NCBI GenBank assembly: GCA_028687275.1
Contig: JAQUAK010000002.1
Span: 6,102 to 70,101, forward strand
Direction: 5' to 3'
From: Patescibacteria group bacterium
GTDB taxonomy: Bacteria > Patescibacteriota > Patescibacteriia > Patescibacteriales > UBA12465
Length of the DNA stretch: 64,000 nucleotides
A program made the position numbers and the translations under genes. Below are positions 38,533 to 48,421 of the stretch, one piece after another. The notes beneath the pieces are model-generated. The model saw only the letters and a program-made list of their open reading frames with translations, did not search any database and was not told the DNA's origin. Position 1 is the stretch's first letter; every line of letters begins with the position of its first letter.

Positions 38533-39057
38533 ATGTCTAAAAGCAAACCATCAGGATCAAGCCGTTACGAAATGCTTTTTATCGTTCCTAATAATTTTAC
38601 GGAGGACGAAGCTAAAAGTATTGTCGCCAAGGTAGAGGGCATCGTTACTGAAAACGGAGCTACCATTGTCTTCAGCGAATTCTGGGGCAAGAAAAAACTT
38701 GCTTATATCATTAAGCAAAATCATTATGGTTATTATAGCCTGTGTGAATTTGATATTGATCGCGATGCGCTTACTAAGATTGATCGCGTCTTACGCTTAT
38801 CAAACGAAGTTTTGCGTCACCAAATTATTAGCATTCCAGCCGTAACTGATGCTGAACGTTTAGCTATCAAAGAAAAACAAACACAAGCTTCAAAGAGTGA
38901 TAAAAAAGAAGAAAAACCAAATAGCAAAGAAAAAATTTCTAAAGTAGTGGATAAGAAAGAGGATAAGAAAGAAGACAAAAAAGAAAGCAGTAAAGCTGAA
39001 TTAAAAGATCTAGATCAGAAATTAGAGGGCATTATTACCGCCAAAGACCTCTTATAA
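38533..39057 (+). CDS. rpsF: 30S ribosomal protein S6 with Lys/Glu-rich C-terminal extension
   Basis: The RYEMLFIVPNN...HYGYYSL core. It is the first gene of the conserved rpsF-ssb-rpsR block. Confidence 0.9.
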   Translation: MSKSKPSGSSRYEMLFIVPNNFTEDEAKSIVAKVEGIVTENGATIVFSEFWGKKKLAYIIKQNHYGYYSLCEFDIDRDALTKIDRVLRLSNEVLRHQIISIPAVTDAERLAIKEKQTQASKSDKKEEKPNSKEKISKVVDKKEDKKEDKKESSKAELKDLDQKLEGIITAKDLL

Positions 39058-39108
39058 ACTAATCTTCTTAATTTTATAAGCGCGTTTATAAAGTTAAGTT
39101 CTAAATCT

Positions 39109-39567
39109 ATGAACTTAAACAAAGCCATGATCATCGGCAATTTAACTCGTGATCCTGAAATGAGATCAACCCCTTCCGGCCAAAATGTTACTTCTTTTAG
39201 TGTTGCCACTAGTCTCACTTGGACAGATAATTCTGGACAGCAACAGAAGAAAACCGAGTTTCATAACATTGTTGCTTGGAGAAAATTAGCAGAAATTTGT
39301 GCTCAATATCTTAAAAAGGGCTCAAAAATATATGTTGAAGGACGCTTACAAACAACTGACTGGACTGGACAAGATGGTGTGAAAAAATATCGCACTGAAA
39401 TTGTTCTGGAAAATATGATTATGTTAGATAAAGCCGGCAACAGCGATACTACTAGCAATAATAATTTTGCTGCTAAAACACCAGGCAATAATCAAGTCAA
39501 CGAAGAACTTCCTATTATCAATGCTGACGAGGAGGAAGAAATCAGAGTTGAAAATATTCCTTTCTAA
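39109..39567 (+). CDS. ssb: Single-stranded DNA-binding protein
   Basis: OB fold (MNLNKAMIIGNLTRDPEMR...FHNIVAWRKLAE) and an acidic tail ending in IPF. Confidence 0.93.
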   Translation: MNLNKAMIIGNLTRDPEMRSTPSGQNVTSFSVATSLTWTDNSGQQQKKTEFHNIVAWRKLAEICAQYLKKGSKIYVEGRLQTTDWTGQDGVKKYRTEIVLENMIMLDKAGNSDTTSNNNFAAKTPGNNQVNEELPIINADEEEEIRVENIPF

Positions 39568-39595
39568 AAAAATAAACGATTAATATTAATCTTAT

Positions 39596-39808
39596 ATGAG
39601 TAATAAAAAATCCAAAGAATGCTTTTTTTGCGTAAACCAGCTTGATGTTGACTATAAAGACGTCCGTACCTTACGCCGTTTCGTAAATTTCTACATGAAA
39701 ATATTACCAGGTAGCCGTACTGGCGTTTGTGCTTGGCATCAACGCAAATTAACACAAGCTATTAAAAGAGCTCGCGTTATGTCTTTATTAGCACCAACTC
39801 ATAAATAA
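39596..39808 (+). CDS. rpsR: 30S ribosomal protein S18
   Basis: CFFCVNQLDVDYKDVRTLRRFV...TGVCAWHQRKLTQAIKRAR. Confidence 0.92.
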   Translation: MSNKKSKECFFCVNQLDVDYKDVRTLRRFVNFYMKILPGSRTGVCAWHQRKLTQAIKRARVMSLLAPTHK

Positions 39809-39834
39809 GTTCGCTATAAATTAAGCCGAAAAAT

Positions 39835-40395
39835 ATGTTAAATTTTAACGAAATTAAAAGCGGCCGAATTATTCTTTTAAATAACGAGCCCTATATTATT
39901 GTTAAAGCAGACCATCACCAAATGGGACGTGGTGGTGCCGTTTTAAAAGTAAAATGTCGCAATTTAATTACCAATAATATCTTAGAAAGAACTTATCAGG
40001 GAGCTGAAAAAGCCGAAGAAGCAGAAACGCAGAATAAGAAAGCTGATTTCATGTATAAGGATAAAGATGAAGCTTATTTCATGGACAGTGAAAGTTTTGA
40101 GCAATTTGGTTTATCAATTGAAGATATTGGCGATAAAATGCAATTCCTAAAAGAAGGAACAACAGTTAACGTCTTTTATTTCAATAACAGTCCAGTCGCA
40201 ATTGACCTGCCGATTAAAATGGACTTCCTAGTTGTAACCGCCCCTCCGGGAGTAAAGGGAAACTCTGCTGGCAATGTTAATAAACAAGTTGAAATTGAAA
40301 CTGGTGCCAAAATTAATGTGCCAATGTTTATTGAAGAAGGGGATATTATTCGCATTAATACTGAAACGGGTGAGTATGTTGAAAGAGCCAACTAA
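39835..40395 (+). CDS. efp: Elongation factor P
   Basis: 186 aa, with KADHHQMGRGGAVLKVKCRNL and three OB/KOW-like domains. Confidence 0.92.
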   Translation: MLNFNEIKSGRIILLNNEPYIIVKADHHQMGRGGAVLKVKCRNLITNNILERTYQGAEKAEEAETQNKKADFMYKDKDEAYFMDSESFEQFGLSIEDIGDKMQFLKEGTTVNVFYFNNSPVAIDLPIKMDFLVVTAPPGVKGNSAGNVNKQVEIETGAKINVPMFIEEGDIIRINTETGEYVERAN

Positions 40396-40413
40396 AATCT
40401 AGCACTTTTCATA

Positions 40414-40455
40414 AAACCGTTCCTCCAGCCTAGTCGCCATGGAACGGTTTTTGTT
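40414..40455 (+). terminator. Intrinsic terminator after efp
   Basis: aaaccgttcc (40414-40423) pairs with ggaacggttt (40441-40450). A T-run follows. Confidence 0.65.
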
Positions 40456-40505
40456 AGGTCACAAGCAAATCGACAGCAAGTTAATTCGTGCTATAATTTA
40501 TTTAT

Positions 40506-41876
40506 ATGGATATTCTGATAATTACAGGTCTAATCCTGTTTACCTTTATTGCCATTCTGCGCTTAGACTGGGCGCTTTTTATCGTGCTTGCCGCGCTGCC
40601 CTCCTATTTAATTCGTTGGCAGATAGGGCCAGTGCCAGTAACCTTACTGGAACTAATGATTTTAATCAGTTTCGTGGTTTGGTTTATTAGAGATAAGCCC
40701 TGGCAAAGATATAAAAAGCAAGATTGGAAAAACAGAAAACAACGCTATCCATATTCTCTAGAAATTGTTGGCATTCTTATCGCTGCTTGGGCGGGATTAG
40801 CAATTGCTGGTTTTGATAATAGTTCCTTAGGAATACTTAAAGCCTATTTTCTTGAACCAATAATGTTATATATTGTTATTTTAAACCGTGGCCAGGGTTC
40901 AAATAAAAAATATATCTGGCCTTTAGTAATTTCAGCAGCTTTCATTAGTATAATTGCAATTTTTCAACAAATTACTGGCCTCTATATTTTTAATGATTTC
41001 TGGGCCCAGCTTTCACAGCGTCGCGTCACATCAGTATTCGCCTATCCTAATGCAGTTGGTCTATATCTAGCCCCAATAATTTTTCTTATCTTTGGTCTCT
41101 TAATTTCCTATCCTAAAAAAACTAATTTACTAACAGCTGGGAAAAAAATAATTTTAATTATCACTATTCTCACTTCACTAGCGGCAATTGTATTTGCTCG
41201 TTCTGAGGGAGCTTTAATTGCAATCGCTGGAGCTAGTTTTATTGTAGCTATACTGGCGAATAAACATAGCAGACGCATCGCTCTTAGCCTAATGATTATC
41301 GCCATCGTTGCTACTAGTTTATATAGCCCTGCGTGGAATTATCTTAAACAAAAAGCAACTTTAATGGATTTAAGTGGACAAATTAGACGCCAACAATGGG
41401 CAGAGACGATGGTAATGTTAAATGACGACAGGATTATAAGCGGGGCCGGATTAAATAATTATCAAGAAACAGTCGCCCCTTTCCATCAAGAAGGAATATT
41501 TGTAAAGAATGATGATCCAGAATTTCACCGTCATGTTGTTTGGAATGCTGAATATCGGGCTAAAGTTTGGCAGCCCGTAGAGATATATCTCTACCCTCAC
41601 AATATCTTTTTAAACTTTTGGACAGAAATTACTCTATTTGGCGCCTTACTATTTATGTGGCTAATCGCTCGTTACTATTACGATGCCCTAAGACTTCTAA
41701 AAACTTTAGATAGGGAAAAAAGAAATATTACTCTGGGCTTAATCGGCGCTATGAGCGCAATAGTAATCCACGGCCTAGTTGATGTCCCTTATTTTAAAAA
41801 TGATTTAGCTATAATATTTTGGTTGATAATCGCTATTTTAGGAATTATAAAAATAAAAAATAAAAAAACTGTATGA
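40506..41876 (+). CDS. O-antigen ligase/polymerase-like (Wzy_C family) membrane protein
   Basis: About 11 TM helices. Central loop and ARSEGALIAIAG motif are typical of Wzy_C proteins. Confidence 0.55.
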   Translation: MDILIITGLILFTFIAILRLDWALFIVLAALPSYLIRWQIGPVPVTLLELMILISFVVWFIRDKPWQRYKKQDWKNRKQRYPYSLEIVGILIAAWAGLAIAGFDNSSLGILKAYFLEPIMLYIVILNRGQGSNKKYIWPLVISAAFISIIAIFQQITGLYIFNDFWAQLSQRRVTSVFAYPNAVGLYLAPIIFLIFGLLISYPKKTNLLTAGKKIILIITILTSLAAIVFARSEGALIAIAGASFIVAILANKHSRRIALSLMIIAIVATSLYSPAWNYLKQKATLMDLSGQIRRQQWAETMVMLNDDRIISGAGLNNYQETVAPFHQEGIFVKNDDPEFHRHVVWNAEYRAKVWQPVEIYLYPHNIFLNFWTEITLFGALLFMWLIARYYYDALRLLKTLDREKRNITLGLIGAMSAIVIHGLVDVPYFKNDLAIIFWLIIAILGIIKIKNKKTV

Positions 41877-42583
41877 TATATTTAACAAAATTTTTAGCTC
41901 AAGCAGGAGTCGCTAGTCGTCGAAAAGCCGAAGATTTAATTCGGGACGGACGAGTAAAAATTAATGGCGAAAGAGCAGAGTTAGGAGTAATGGTTGAAGG
42001 AGATGAAGATATCAGAGTTAGTGGTAAAGTGATTAACAGCGCTATGGCTAATAAGCGTCTAATTATTGCTTTCAATAAACCAGTTGGATATACTTGCACC
42101 ACTCGCAGCTTCATCAATGAAGATAATATCTTTAGTCTTTTGCCAGAGAAATATAAAAACTTAATTATTGCTGGACGTTTAGATAAAGAAAGCCGCGGTT
42201 TAATCCTGCTTACCAATGATGGCGATTTAGCTAATAAAATTACTCACCCCCGTTTTGGTCATGATAAGAAATATTTAGTTCGTTTTGCTGGAGAAGATCG
42301 AATGGAATTAACAGAACGCAAACTCTATGCCCGAGCCAAAGATGGCATCCGTAGCGAAGACGGTGAAATGTTAACCGCTAAAAGTATCCGCCGTGAAGGT
42401 GATCGCTGGGCGGTAACCTTAAGTGAAGGTAAGAAACGTCATATTCGTCGTCTGTTTGCCGGTATGGGCCTAAAGGTAACTGATTTACAGCGTGTTAATA
42501 TCGGTGAATTAGGCTTAGGAGGTCTTCCTATAGGAAGCTACCGAGAATTAGCGGATAAAGACATAAATAAATTAATTAAATAA
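41873..42583 (+). CDS. Pseudouridine synthase, RsuA/RluB family (S4 domain plus catalytic domain)
   Basis: S4 N-terminus (LTKFLAQAGVASRRKAEDLI) and catalytic GRLDKESRGLILLTNDG. The start overlaps the previous stop. Confidence 0.85.
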   Translation: MIYLTKFLAQAGVASRRKAEDLIRDGRVKINGERAELGVMVEGDEDIRVSGKVINSAMANKRLIIAFNKPVGYTCTTRSFINEDNIFSLLPEKYKNLIIAGRLDKESRGLILLTNDGDLANKITHPRFGHDKKYLVRFAGEDRMELTERKLYARAKDGIRSEDGEMLTAKSIRREGDRWAVTLSEGKKRHIRRLFAGMGLKVTDLQRVNIGELGLGGLPIGSYRELADKDINKLIK

Positions 42584-42588
42584 AATTT

Positions 42589-42676
42589 GGAGAGGTGGCT
42601 GAGCTGGTTGAAGGCACCGCTCTCGAAAAGCGGCAAGGGCGCAAGCCCTTCGGGAGTTCGAATCTCCCCCTCTCCG
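42589..42676 (+). tRNA. tRNA-Ser (CGA)
   Basis: Acceptor ggagagg/cctctcc, anticodon stem ccgct/agcgg, loop ctCGAaa, long variable arm and T arm gggag-ttcgaat-ctccc. Confidence 0.88.
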
Positions 42677-42748
42677 CAAGTAATATAAAAATCGTCTTTT
42701 GGACGATTTTTTGTTAAAATAAAGATATTGATTAGTAAATATAATTAT

Positions 42749-43675
42749 ATGAAACCAATATTAATTACATGTTATGTTAATCCTGATATAGACGGCTATG
42801 CTGGTGTTATTGCCTATGCCGAATTCCTTAAAAAGAAGGGGAAAAGCGTAGTGGCAGGAATAATGGGTGAGCCACACGATGAAGCGAAATATGTTCTGAA
42901 TAGATTTAGCTTAGAGCGCATGGATGTGATTCAAGATGATGAGCTCTTTGATGAAGTAGTCCTTGTTGATGCTAGCGATGTGAATGGTTTACAGGGAAAG
43001 ATTGTCCCAGAAAAAGTTATTGAAATAATTGATCACAGAAAGATTAATGAAGCAAATAGATTTGTTAATGCTAAAACTCAGATTGAATTGGTTGGCGCAG
43101 CAGCCACTTTGGTGGCAGAAAAGTTTAAGGAAGAGAATATTGAGATTTCACAAAGGTCAGCAATACTTTTATATAGTGCGATTATTTCTAACACTCTTAA
43201 CTTCAAGGGTGGAGTAACTACCGATCGTGATAAAGAAATGGCAAAATGGTTACGACAATTCATTGAGGTTTCAGATGAGTATTGGAAAGAGCTATTCACT
43301 GCCAAGTCTGATTTAACAGGGGATAAATTAATTACGGCTATAAAAGGAGATTTGGCGTGGTTTGATTTTGGAAACACAAAAGTCGGCATTGCCCAATTAG
43401 AGATTATTGGCGCCGAGGAATTAATTAAGCATCGAGCAGATGAAATAGTAGCCACTTTGCATAAAATAAAAGAAAAAATGGGGCTGGATTTAATATTCCA
43501 GAATATTCTTGAACTAGAATTAATGAAAAATTATTTTGTTGCAGAGGATAATCAAATAAAGACGCTTTTAGAAGAGATTCTGGAGGTTAAATTTGATGAA
43601 GCTGTTGCCAAAAGAGATCAATTGATAATGAGGAAACAAATTGTGCCCCTACTTAAGGCAAAATTGGAACTATAG
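42749..43675 (+). CDS. DHH/DHHA2-family phosphoesterase (family II pyrophosphatase-like)
   Basis: NPDIDGYAG, VLVDASD and IIDHRK (a DHH variant), plus a DHHA2-like C-terminal half. The ATG at 42749 is preferred. Confidence 0.6.
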   Translation: MKPILITCYVNPDIDGYAGVIAYAEFLKKKGKSVVAGIMGEPHDEAKYVLNRFSLERMDVIQDDELFDEVVLVDASDVNGLQGKIVPEKVIEIIDHRKINEANRFVNAKTQIELVGAAATLVAEKFKEENIEISQRSAILLYSAIISNTLNFKGGVTTDRDKEMAKWLRQFIEVSDEYWKELFTAKSDLTGDKLITAIKGDLAWFDFGNTKVGIAQLEIIGAEELIKHRADEIVATLHKIKEKMGLDLIFQNILELELMKNYFVAEDNQIKTLLEEILEVKFDEAVAKRDQLIMRKQIVPLLKAKLEL

Positions 43676-43695
43676 CGTCATAATGACTTAAAAAA

Positions 43696-43723
43696 GTTCC
43701 AACTACGTCCCACCCTCTCCGCA
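43696..43723 (+). repeat. 28-bp repeat B ending in an exact copy of the tRNA-Ser(UGA) 3' end
   Basis: gttccaactacgtcccaccctctccgca matches 57126-57153 at 27 of 28 positions. Its last 15 nt are identical to 56600-56614. Confidence 0.85.
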
Positions 43724-43877
43724 ATTATAAAAAAGGCGCCAAAAAGCGTCTTTTTGAACACTAAAAAATACTGCCATATTATTAGTAAAATACCAACGAT
43801 ATTAAACAAATAAATCAAATAATATCTCTCGCTCCTTATTTAGTGATATAATATATAAGTTAATAATATTTACCTAT

Positions 43878-44681
43878 ATGACTAATAGAAAAACAATCGG
43901 ACTAGCTCTCGGTTCTGGTGGTGTACGCGGACTAACCCATGTTGGTGTGATTAAGGTATTAGAAGAAAATAATATCAAAATTGATTACATTGCTGGCTCT
44001 AGTATTGGTGCGTGGGTGGGGGCTCACTATGCCCTCTATCAAGATATTGAGGCTTTAACGGAGTTTACCGTTGGTAAAAGGAAAGAAAAAATTATAAGCT
44101 TTTTAGACACTTCTTTCTCAGGAGGATTAATTAAAGGAAAAAAGCTAGAAAAGATGTTAAATATTTGGCTTAATAACGCCAATTTTGATGACTTAAAAAT
44201 TCCCTTAAGTATCGTCGCCACTGATTTAATTAAAGCCGAACCAATAATTCTTAATTCCGGTTCCCTAGCCTTTGCCGCCCGCGCCAGTATGGCTATTCCT
44301 GGTTATTTTAAGCCAATAATCTGGGACGATAAAATTCTGGTTGATGGCGGACTAACTAACCCCGTGCCTGATGATGTAGTTAAGGTTATGGGGGCAGATA
44401 TTGTTATTGCCGTTAATCTAAACAACTTCCAAATACCAACTCAGTTTAAGAAAAAAGAGCCAAGCGTGAGCGAAGTTGCCTTTAGAACAAATGAGATTGT
44501 TCAATGTTATTTAGCTAAATACTCTCTCAAACAAGCAGATATTATTATTCAACCGCCATTAGGAGAACATTCCAGCTGGACAAAATATTTTGTAAATGGC
44601 AAAGGAGAAGAAATGGTTAAAATCGGGGAAGATGCTATGCGAGCATCTTTGCCAGAATTATTAAAAAAAATATCAGCTTAG
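43878..44681 (+). CDS. Patatin-like phospholipase
   Basis: Oxyanion GSGGVRG, nucleophile GSSIGAW and the catalytic Asp in VDGG. Confidence 0.88.
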   Translation: MTNRKTIGLALGSGGVRGLTHVGVIKVLEENNIKIDYIAGSSIGAWVGAHYALYQDIEALTEFTVGKRKEKIISFLDTSFSGGLIKGKKLEKMLNIWLNNANFDDLKIPLSIVATDLIKAEPIILNSGSLAFAARASMAIPGYFKPIIWDDKILVDGGLTNPVPDDVVKVMGADIVIAVNLNNFQIPTQFKKKEPSVSEVAFRTNEIVQCYLAKYSLKQADIIIQPPLGEHSSWTKYFVNGKGEEMVKIGEDAMRASLPELLKKISA

Positions 44682-44718
44682 GTTATTTAAATAAAGTAAT
44701 AATAAAACACTTAGCAGC

Positions 44719-45177
44719 ATGAAACTTGAAAAACTTTTAGATATTCAAACGGATAAACTTAATAAAAAATTACTTAGGAAAATTAGATTTTTGCTTTTCT
44801 TTTTAGTAATAATGAGCGGCGCTTTAATTTATGAAACAGCTATTAGTGAGATTAGCTATATTTTTATTCTATTAGGATTAATCATTGGTGTGGCCACCGG
44901 CATTATCGTTGGCCGAATGTTTAATATTGAATGGCACGAAGAAAAAGAAGAGGTTATTGCCCGGCTAGATATCATTGGCATCATTGTGCTTGTTCTTTAT
45001 CTTTTAGTTTCTATCGCTAGACAATGGATATTTGCTCACTGGTTTGCCGGCATAAAGCTGACTGCCTTTACCTTTAGCTTTGCCGAAGGAGTGATGATTG
45101 GACGAATTATTAGCTTTCAATTCAATATTAAAAAAGTACTTATTAAAGAAGGTAAATTAAAAAAATACACCAAGTAA
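44719..45177 (+). CDS. Hypothetical membrane protein (4 TM)
   Basis: Hydrophobic 152-aa ORF. No family recognised. Confidence 0.5.
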   Translation: MKLEKLLDIQTDKLNKKLLRKIRFLLFFLVIMSGALIYETAISEISYIFILLGLIIGVATGIIVGRMFNIEWHEEKEEVIARLDIIGIIVLVLYLLVSIARQWIFAHWFAGIKLTAFTFSFAEGVMIGRIISFQFNIKKVLIKEGKLKKYTK

Positions 45178-45218
45178 ATCTAATATAGCAATAAGCTTTT
45201 TTAATATAATATAAAATT

Positions 45219-46001
45219 ATGACAAAAAATATAACTATAATTACCGGCGCCTCATCTGGTATTGGCCTAGAACTAGCCTGGATTTTGGCTAGCAATAATC
45301 ATAACCTGCTTATAATCGCCCGCCATGAAGATAAATTAAATGAATTGGCTAAGGCAATTCAGATAAAACATCAAGTTACTGTTGATTATTTAGTTAAAGA
45401 TTTAAGTAAACCAGAATCAACTCAAGAAATATTTAAGTATTGTCAGGAAAAACAATTATTTGTTGATATTTTAATAAACAACGCTGGCTTCGGTGATTTT
45501 TGTGAATTTTCAGACAGCAACAGGCAAAGACAATTAGACATGATTAACGTTAATATATCTTCTTTAGTTTCTTTAACTCATCTTTTTCTAAAAGACATGA
45601 TTAATAATAATGAAGGCAAAATTATGAACATCGCCTCAGCCGCCGCCTTCCAACCAGGACCACTTATGAGCGTCTACTACGCCACCAAAGCTTTTGTGCT
45701 TCATTTTAGCGAAGCTATTGCTAATGAATTAAAAGATAAAAACATTACCCTCACCACTATTTGCCCTGGGCCGACCGCTAGTAATTTTAAACAGAGCGCC
45801 AATCTAAATAATAGCCGCTTAATGAAAAAAAGAAATTTACCCAGCTCAAGGAGTGTAGCCGAATTTTCCTACCAGGCCATGATTAAAGGCAGAGTCATTG
45901 CTATCCCTGGTTTTTCTAACTGGCTATTAAGTAAGTTAGTAAATATTATTCCTCGTCCATTGGTAGTTAAGATGGTACGCAAAATCCAAGAAAAATTTTG
46001 A
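45219..46001 (+). CDS. Short-chain dehydrogenase/reductase (SDR)
   Basis: TGASSGIG, NNAG and the catalytic YYATKAF. Confidence 0.88.
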   Translation: MTKNITIITGASSGIGLELAWILASNNHNLLIIARHEDKLNELAKAIQIKHQVTVDYLVKDLSKPESTQEIFKYCQEKQLFVDILINNAGFGDFCEFSDSNRQRQLDMINVNISSLVSLTHLFLKDMINNNEGKIMNIASAAAFQPGPLMSVYYATKAFVLHFSEAIANELKDKNITLTTICPGPTASNFKQSANLNNSRLMKKRNLPSSRSVAEFSYQAMIKGRVIAIPGFSNWLLSKLVNIIPRPLVVKMVRKIQEKF

Positions 46002-46013
46002 ACTCAACTATTT

Positions 46014-46042
46014 AAAAATCCTCCATATGGAGGATTTTTTTT
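46014..46042. terminator. Bidirectional terminator
   Basis: atcctccat/atggaggat palindrome flanked by A- and T-runs. Confidence 0.7.
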
Positions 46043-46472
46043 ATTTGGCTTTAGTAATTACTCTTTTTCTTTGCTTCTTTTTCTGTAGTCCATACAACTC
46101 CTTTGATTTCCGAGTAATGACTAAAATGGTAAGTACAGCAATATAGGCTGATATAACTGCAGAGGGTAATTCATAGGCCGCTCCATAAATAAAATCTAAG
46201 GCTAATAAAGAGATAACAATCCCCGTCCACATAATCACGAAAACTTCTCCAGGATGACTCTCTTGATGTCGGTCATACCAACGCTCAAATTCTTTATTAC
46301 TCACATATATAGCCAGTATGCTCACATAAATAGTAGCAATGGCGTTTAAGGCAGCAGCATAAGCATTGGCATAAAGAAAGTCAGAGATAATAAGAGTAAA
46401 AAATAGTATAGACCAAATATTAATTAAACCTCGCCAAAAACGAAACTCGTTATTTAAAATATTTAACTTCAT
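46041..46472 (-). CDS. Hypothetical membrane protein (4 TM)
   Basis: Hydrophobic 143-aa ORF. No family recognised. Confidence 0.5.
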   Translation of the reverse strand: MKLNILNNEFRFWRGLINIWSILFFTLIISDFLYANAYAAALNAIATIYVSILAIYVSNKEFERWYDRHQESHPGEVFVIMWTGIVISLLALDFIYGAAYELPSAVISAYIAVLTILVITRKSKELYGLQKKKQRKRVITKAK

Positions 46473-46475
46473 AAA

Positions 46476-46991
46476 TTAAATTGAGATGCCTAAAATATTT
46501 AATATCGGCGCCGCCAAAGGATCGGCTGCTAATCCATATACCATAACGCCTCCAAGCAAACCAGTAAAAGCAATAGCGACCGCCCCAGCTATAGCTAATA
46601 TAATTAATAACCAAGGACGAGTTAATATTTGCTTAAGCCGCATAACATAAGGCTTAAATGATTTAAAGTATTTGATATCGAGCCATTCTGGTTTAATAAA
46701 AATAAGTAATTCAAGAATTAACAAGACTACATAAATATTAACCGAAGCTCCAGCAAAGCTTTCATGCATCTGTACTAAGCTACGATTTGGCTTAACTAAA
46801 TGAGAGGCAATGTCTCCAGTCACATTAGCTAGCCAAGCGCCCAGTAAGCCCACAACTAAAATTACAATGCGGGGTATTTGCCAAGCGACAACTGGAAATT
46901 TTTTTGGCCACGGTACTAAACGCAATAATGAGTATAGAAGAAAAAAGGCGATTGGAAAATGGACAAAAATTGGATGTAAATTATAAACCAT
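46476..46991 (-). CDS. DUF2231-like membrane protein
   Basis: The N-terminus LHPIFVHFPIAFFLL is typical of DUF2231. 4-5 TM helices. Confidence 0.5.
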   Translation of the reverse strand: MVYNLHPIFVHFPIAFFLLYSLLRLVPWPKKFPVVAWQIPRIVILVVGLLGAWLANVTGDIASHLVKPNRSLVQMHESFAGASVNIYVVLLILELLIFIKPEWLDIKYFKSFKPYVMRLKQILTRPWLLIILAIAGAVAIAFTGLLGGVMVYGLAADPLAAPILNILGISI

Positions 46992-47100
46992 ATATTTAAT
47001 TTATAAGAAAATAATAGCACGTAACAAGTATTTTAATCCAGACAACAAAAAAACCTCTATTTAAAAAGGTTTTTTATATTTTAATTAAAGCTTAACATAA

Positions 47101-47625
47101 TTAAGCCTTACCTAAAGTATCTTCGCCTTGATGCCATTCCATGGGACATAATTCTCCACTTTGGAGAGCAGTCAAGACACGTAGAGTTTCAGTGGCCGAA
47201 CGGCCGACTGAACCATCTGAAATTAAGATATATCTGATTTTTCCTTCCGGGTCAATAATAAATAAACCTCTTTCAGCGGAACCATCATTTTCGTTTAATA
47301 TACCATAAGCTTTTGTTAAAGCTTGGGTTGTGTCAGCTAAAACAGGAAATTTTACTTGAGGAAGGTCTTTTTCAAACCAATTTTTATGAGAATACTCTGA
47401 GTCGGTCGAGGCGGCCAGAAGCTCGCACTTAAGTGACTGAAAATCATCTACGTGCTTAGCAAAGCCACGCAGTTCAGTTGGACAAACGAAAGTAAAATCA
47501 CGAGGATAGAAGAATAACACTAGCCAGCGTCCAGCATAGTCGGACAAACTGATAGTTTTAAATTCTCCATCTGTATAAGCTTGTACTCCTTGAAAATCGG
47601 GGGCAGCTTGATTTAAATTTAACAT
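47101..47625 (-). CDS. Peroxiredoxin (typical 2-Cys, AhpC/TSA family)
   Basis: The peroxidatic Cys lies in FYPRDFTFVCPTE. The resolving Cys lies in GELCPMEW. Confidence 0.9.
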   Translation of the reverse strand: MLNLNQAAPDFQGVQAYTDGEFKTISLSDYAGRWLVLFFYPRDFTFVCPTELRGFAKHVDDFQSLKCELLAASTDSEYSHKNWFEKDLPQVKFPVLADTTQALTKAYGILNENDGSAERGLFIIDPEGKIRYILISDGSVGRSATETLRVLTALQSGELCPMEWHQGEDTLGKA

Positions 47626-47635
47626 AAAATTATTT

Positions 47636-48049
47636 TTATATATAATAAGTCAAATGTATTTGTTTTACCTGTCTTCCCATAACTTGAGCGGAGTAATTAT
47701 ATTCCTTAGGCAATTCTAAATCATGAACTAGACCATTAGCAGTATCAACTGCGTGGCCATGAATTTCTAACTTGGCGTCATAACGATTTGCTCCTCCAGG
47801 GATTGGAATTTCAATACATAAACCCAAAACAGTAAATTTCTTCAGATTCTTATATACCGTAGCCAAAGAGATATTTGTAAATTTCTCCTTAACGCGGTCG
47901 TAGATTTCTTGAGCACTGGGATGGGTGCAGGAAGCAGCTAAATGCTGAAAAATTGCTAACTTTTGTGGTGTTTGTGGTAATTTATTTTGACGACAAACTT
48001 GTTTAAAATTTTCCATTCGAGCTTTTAGCTCCTGCGGCGTGACTGTCAT
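47636..48049 (-). CDS. Fur-family regulator (PerR-like by context)
   Basis: Winged-helix region (LATVYKNLKKF) and a Fur-like dimerisation part. It sits directly upstream of the peroxiredoxin gene. The ATG at 48049 is preferred. Confidence 0.7.
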   Translation of the reverse strand: MTVTPQELKARMENFKQVCRQNKLPQTPQKLAIFQHLAASCTHPSAQEIYDRVKEKFTNISLATVYKNLKKFTVLGLCIEIPIPGGANRYDAKLEIHGHAVDTANGLVHDLELPKEYNYSAQVMGRQVKQIHLTYYI

Positions 48050-48075
48050 ATTACAATTGATAATATTTATTAACA

Positions 48076-48088
48076 GATAACTATTATC
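48076..48088. promoter_or_regulatory. Fur/PerR-box-like inverted repeat upstream of the Fur-family gene
   Basis: gataa-cta-ttatc, next to gataatatttattaac in the promoter region. Confidence 0.4.
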
Positions 48089-48186
48089 CATTATAGAGCA
48101 GATAAAGCAATCTGTCAAGCTCCAATAAGAATAAATATTAACTTGCTAAATAAACTAGCCCTATCTATAATTAAATCGCAAACATA

Positions 48187-48258
48187 GTCTCCATAGTTTA
48201 ATGGATAGAACATAAGCTTCCGAAGCTTAAGATAGGGGTTCGATTCCCTTTGGGGGCA
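48187..48258 (+). tRNA. tRNA-Arg (CCG)
   Basis: Acceptor gtctcca/tgggggc (with two G-U pairs), anticodon stem taagc/gctta, loop ttCCGaa and T arm agggg-ttcgatt-ccctt. Confidence 0.75.
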
Positions 48259-48347
48259 CTTTTAGTTTTTTTGAAAAAGTCTTTACAAGCTCAGATCTTT
48301 TTGCTAAGATTTTCCCAGTACCGCACTAGTAGTAGTGCTTTAATTTT

Positions 48348-48421
48348 GGATCGGTAGCTCAGTTGGTTAGAGCGCTGCCCTGTCACGGCAGAGGTCGCGG
48401 GTTCGAGTCCCGTCCGTTCCG
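48348..48421 (+). tRNA. tRNA-Asp (GUC), integration target
   Basis: Anticodon stem ctgcc/ggcag, loop ctGTCac and T arm gcggg-ttcgagt-cccgt. The acceptor has one U-U mismatch (ggatcgg/ccgttcc). Confidence 0.85.

Noticed and set aside
38453-38635. Upstream ORFs 38453-38635 and 40439-40690, which overlap the starts of rpsF and the Wzy_C-like gene.
   Set aside because: They are out of frame and overlap better-supported genes and terminator or leader hairpins. No family resemblance was found.
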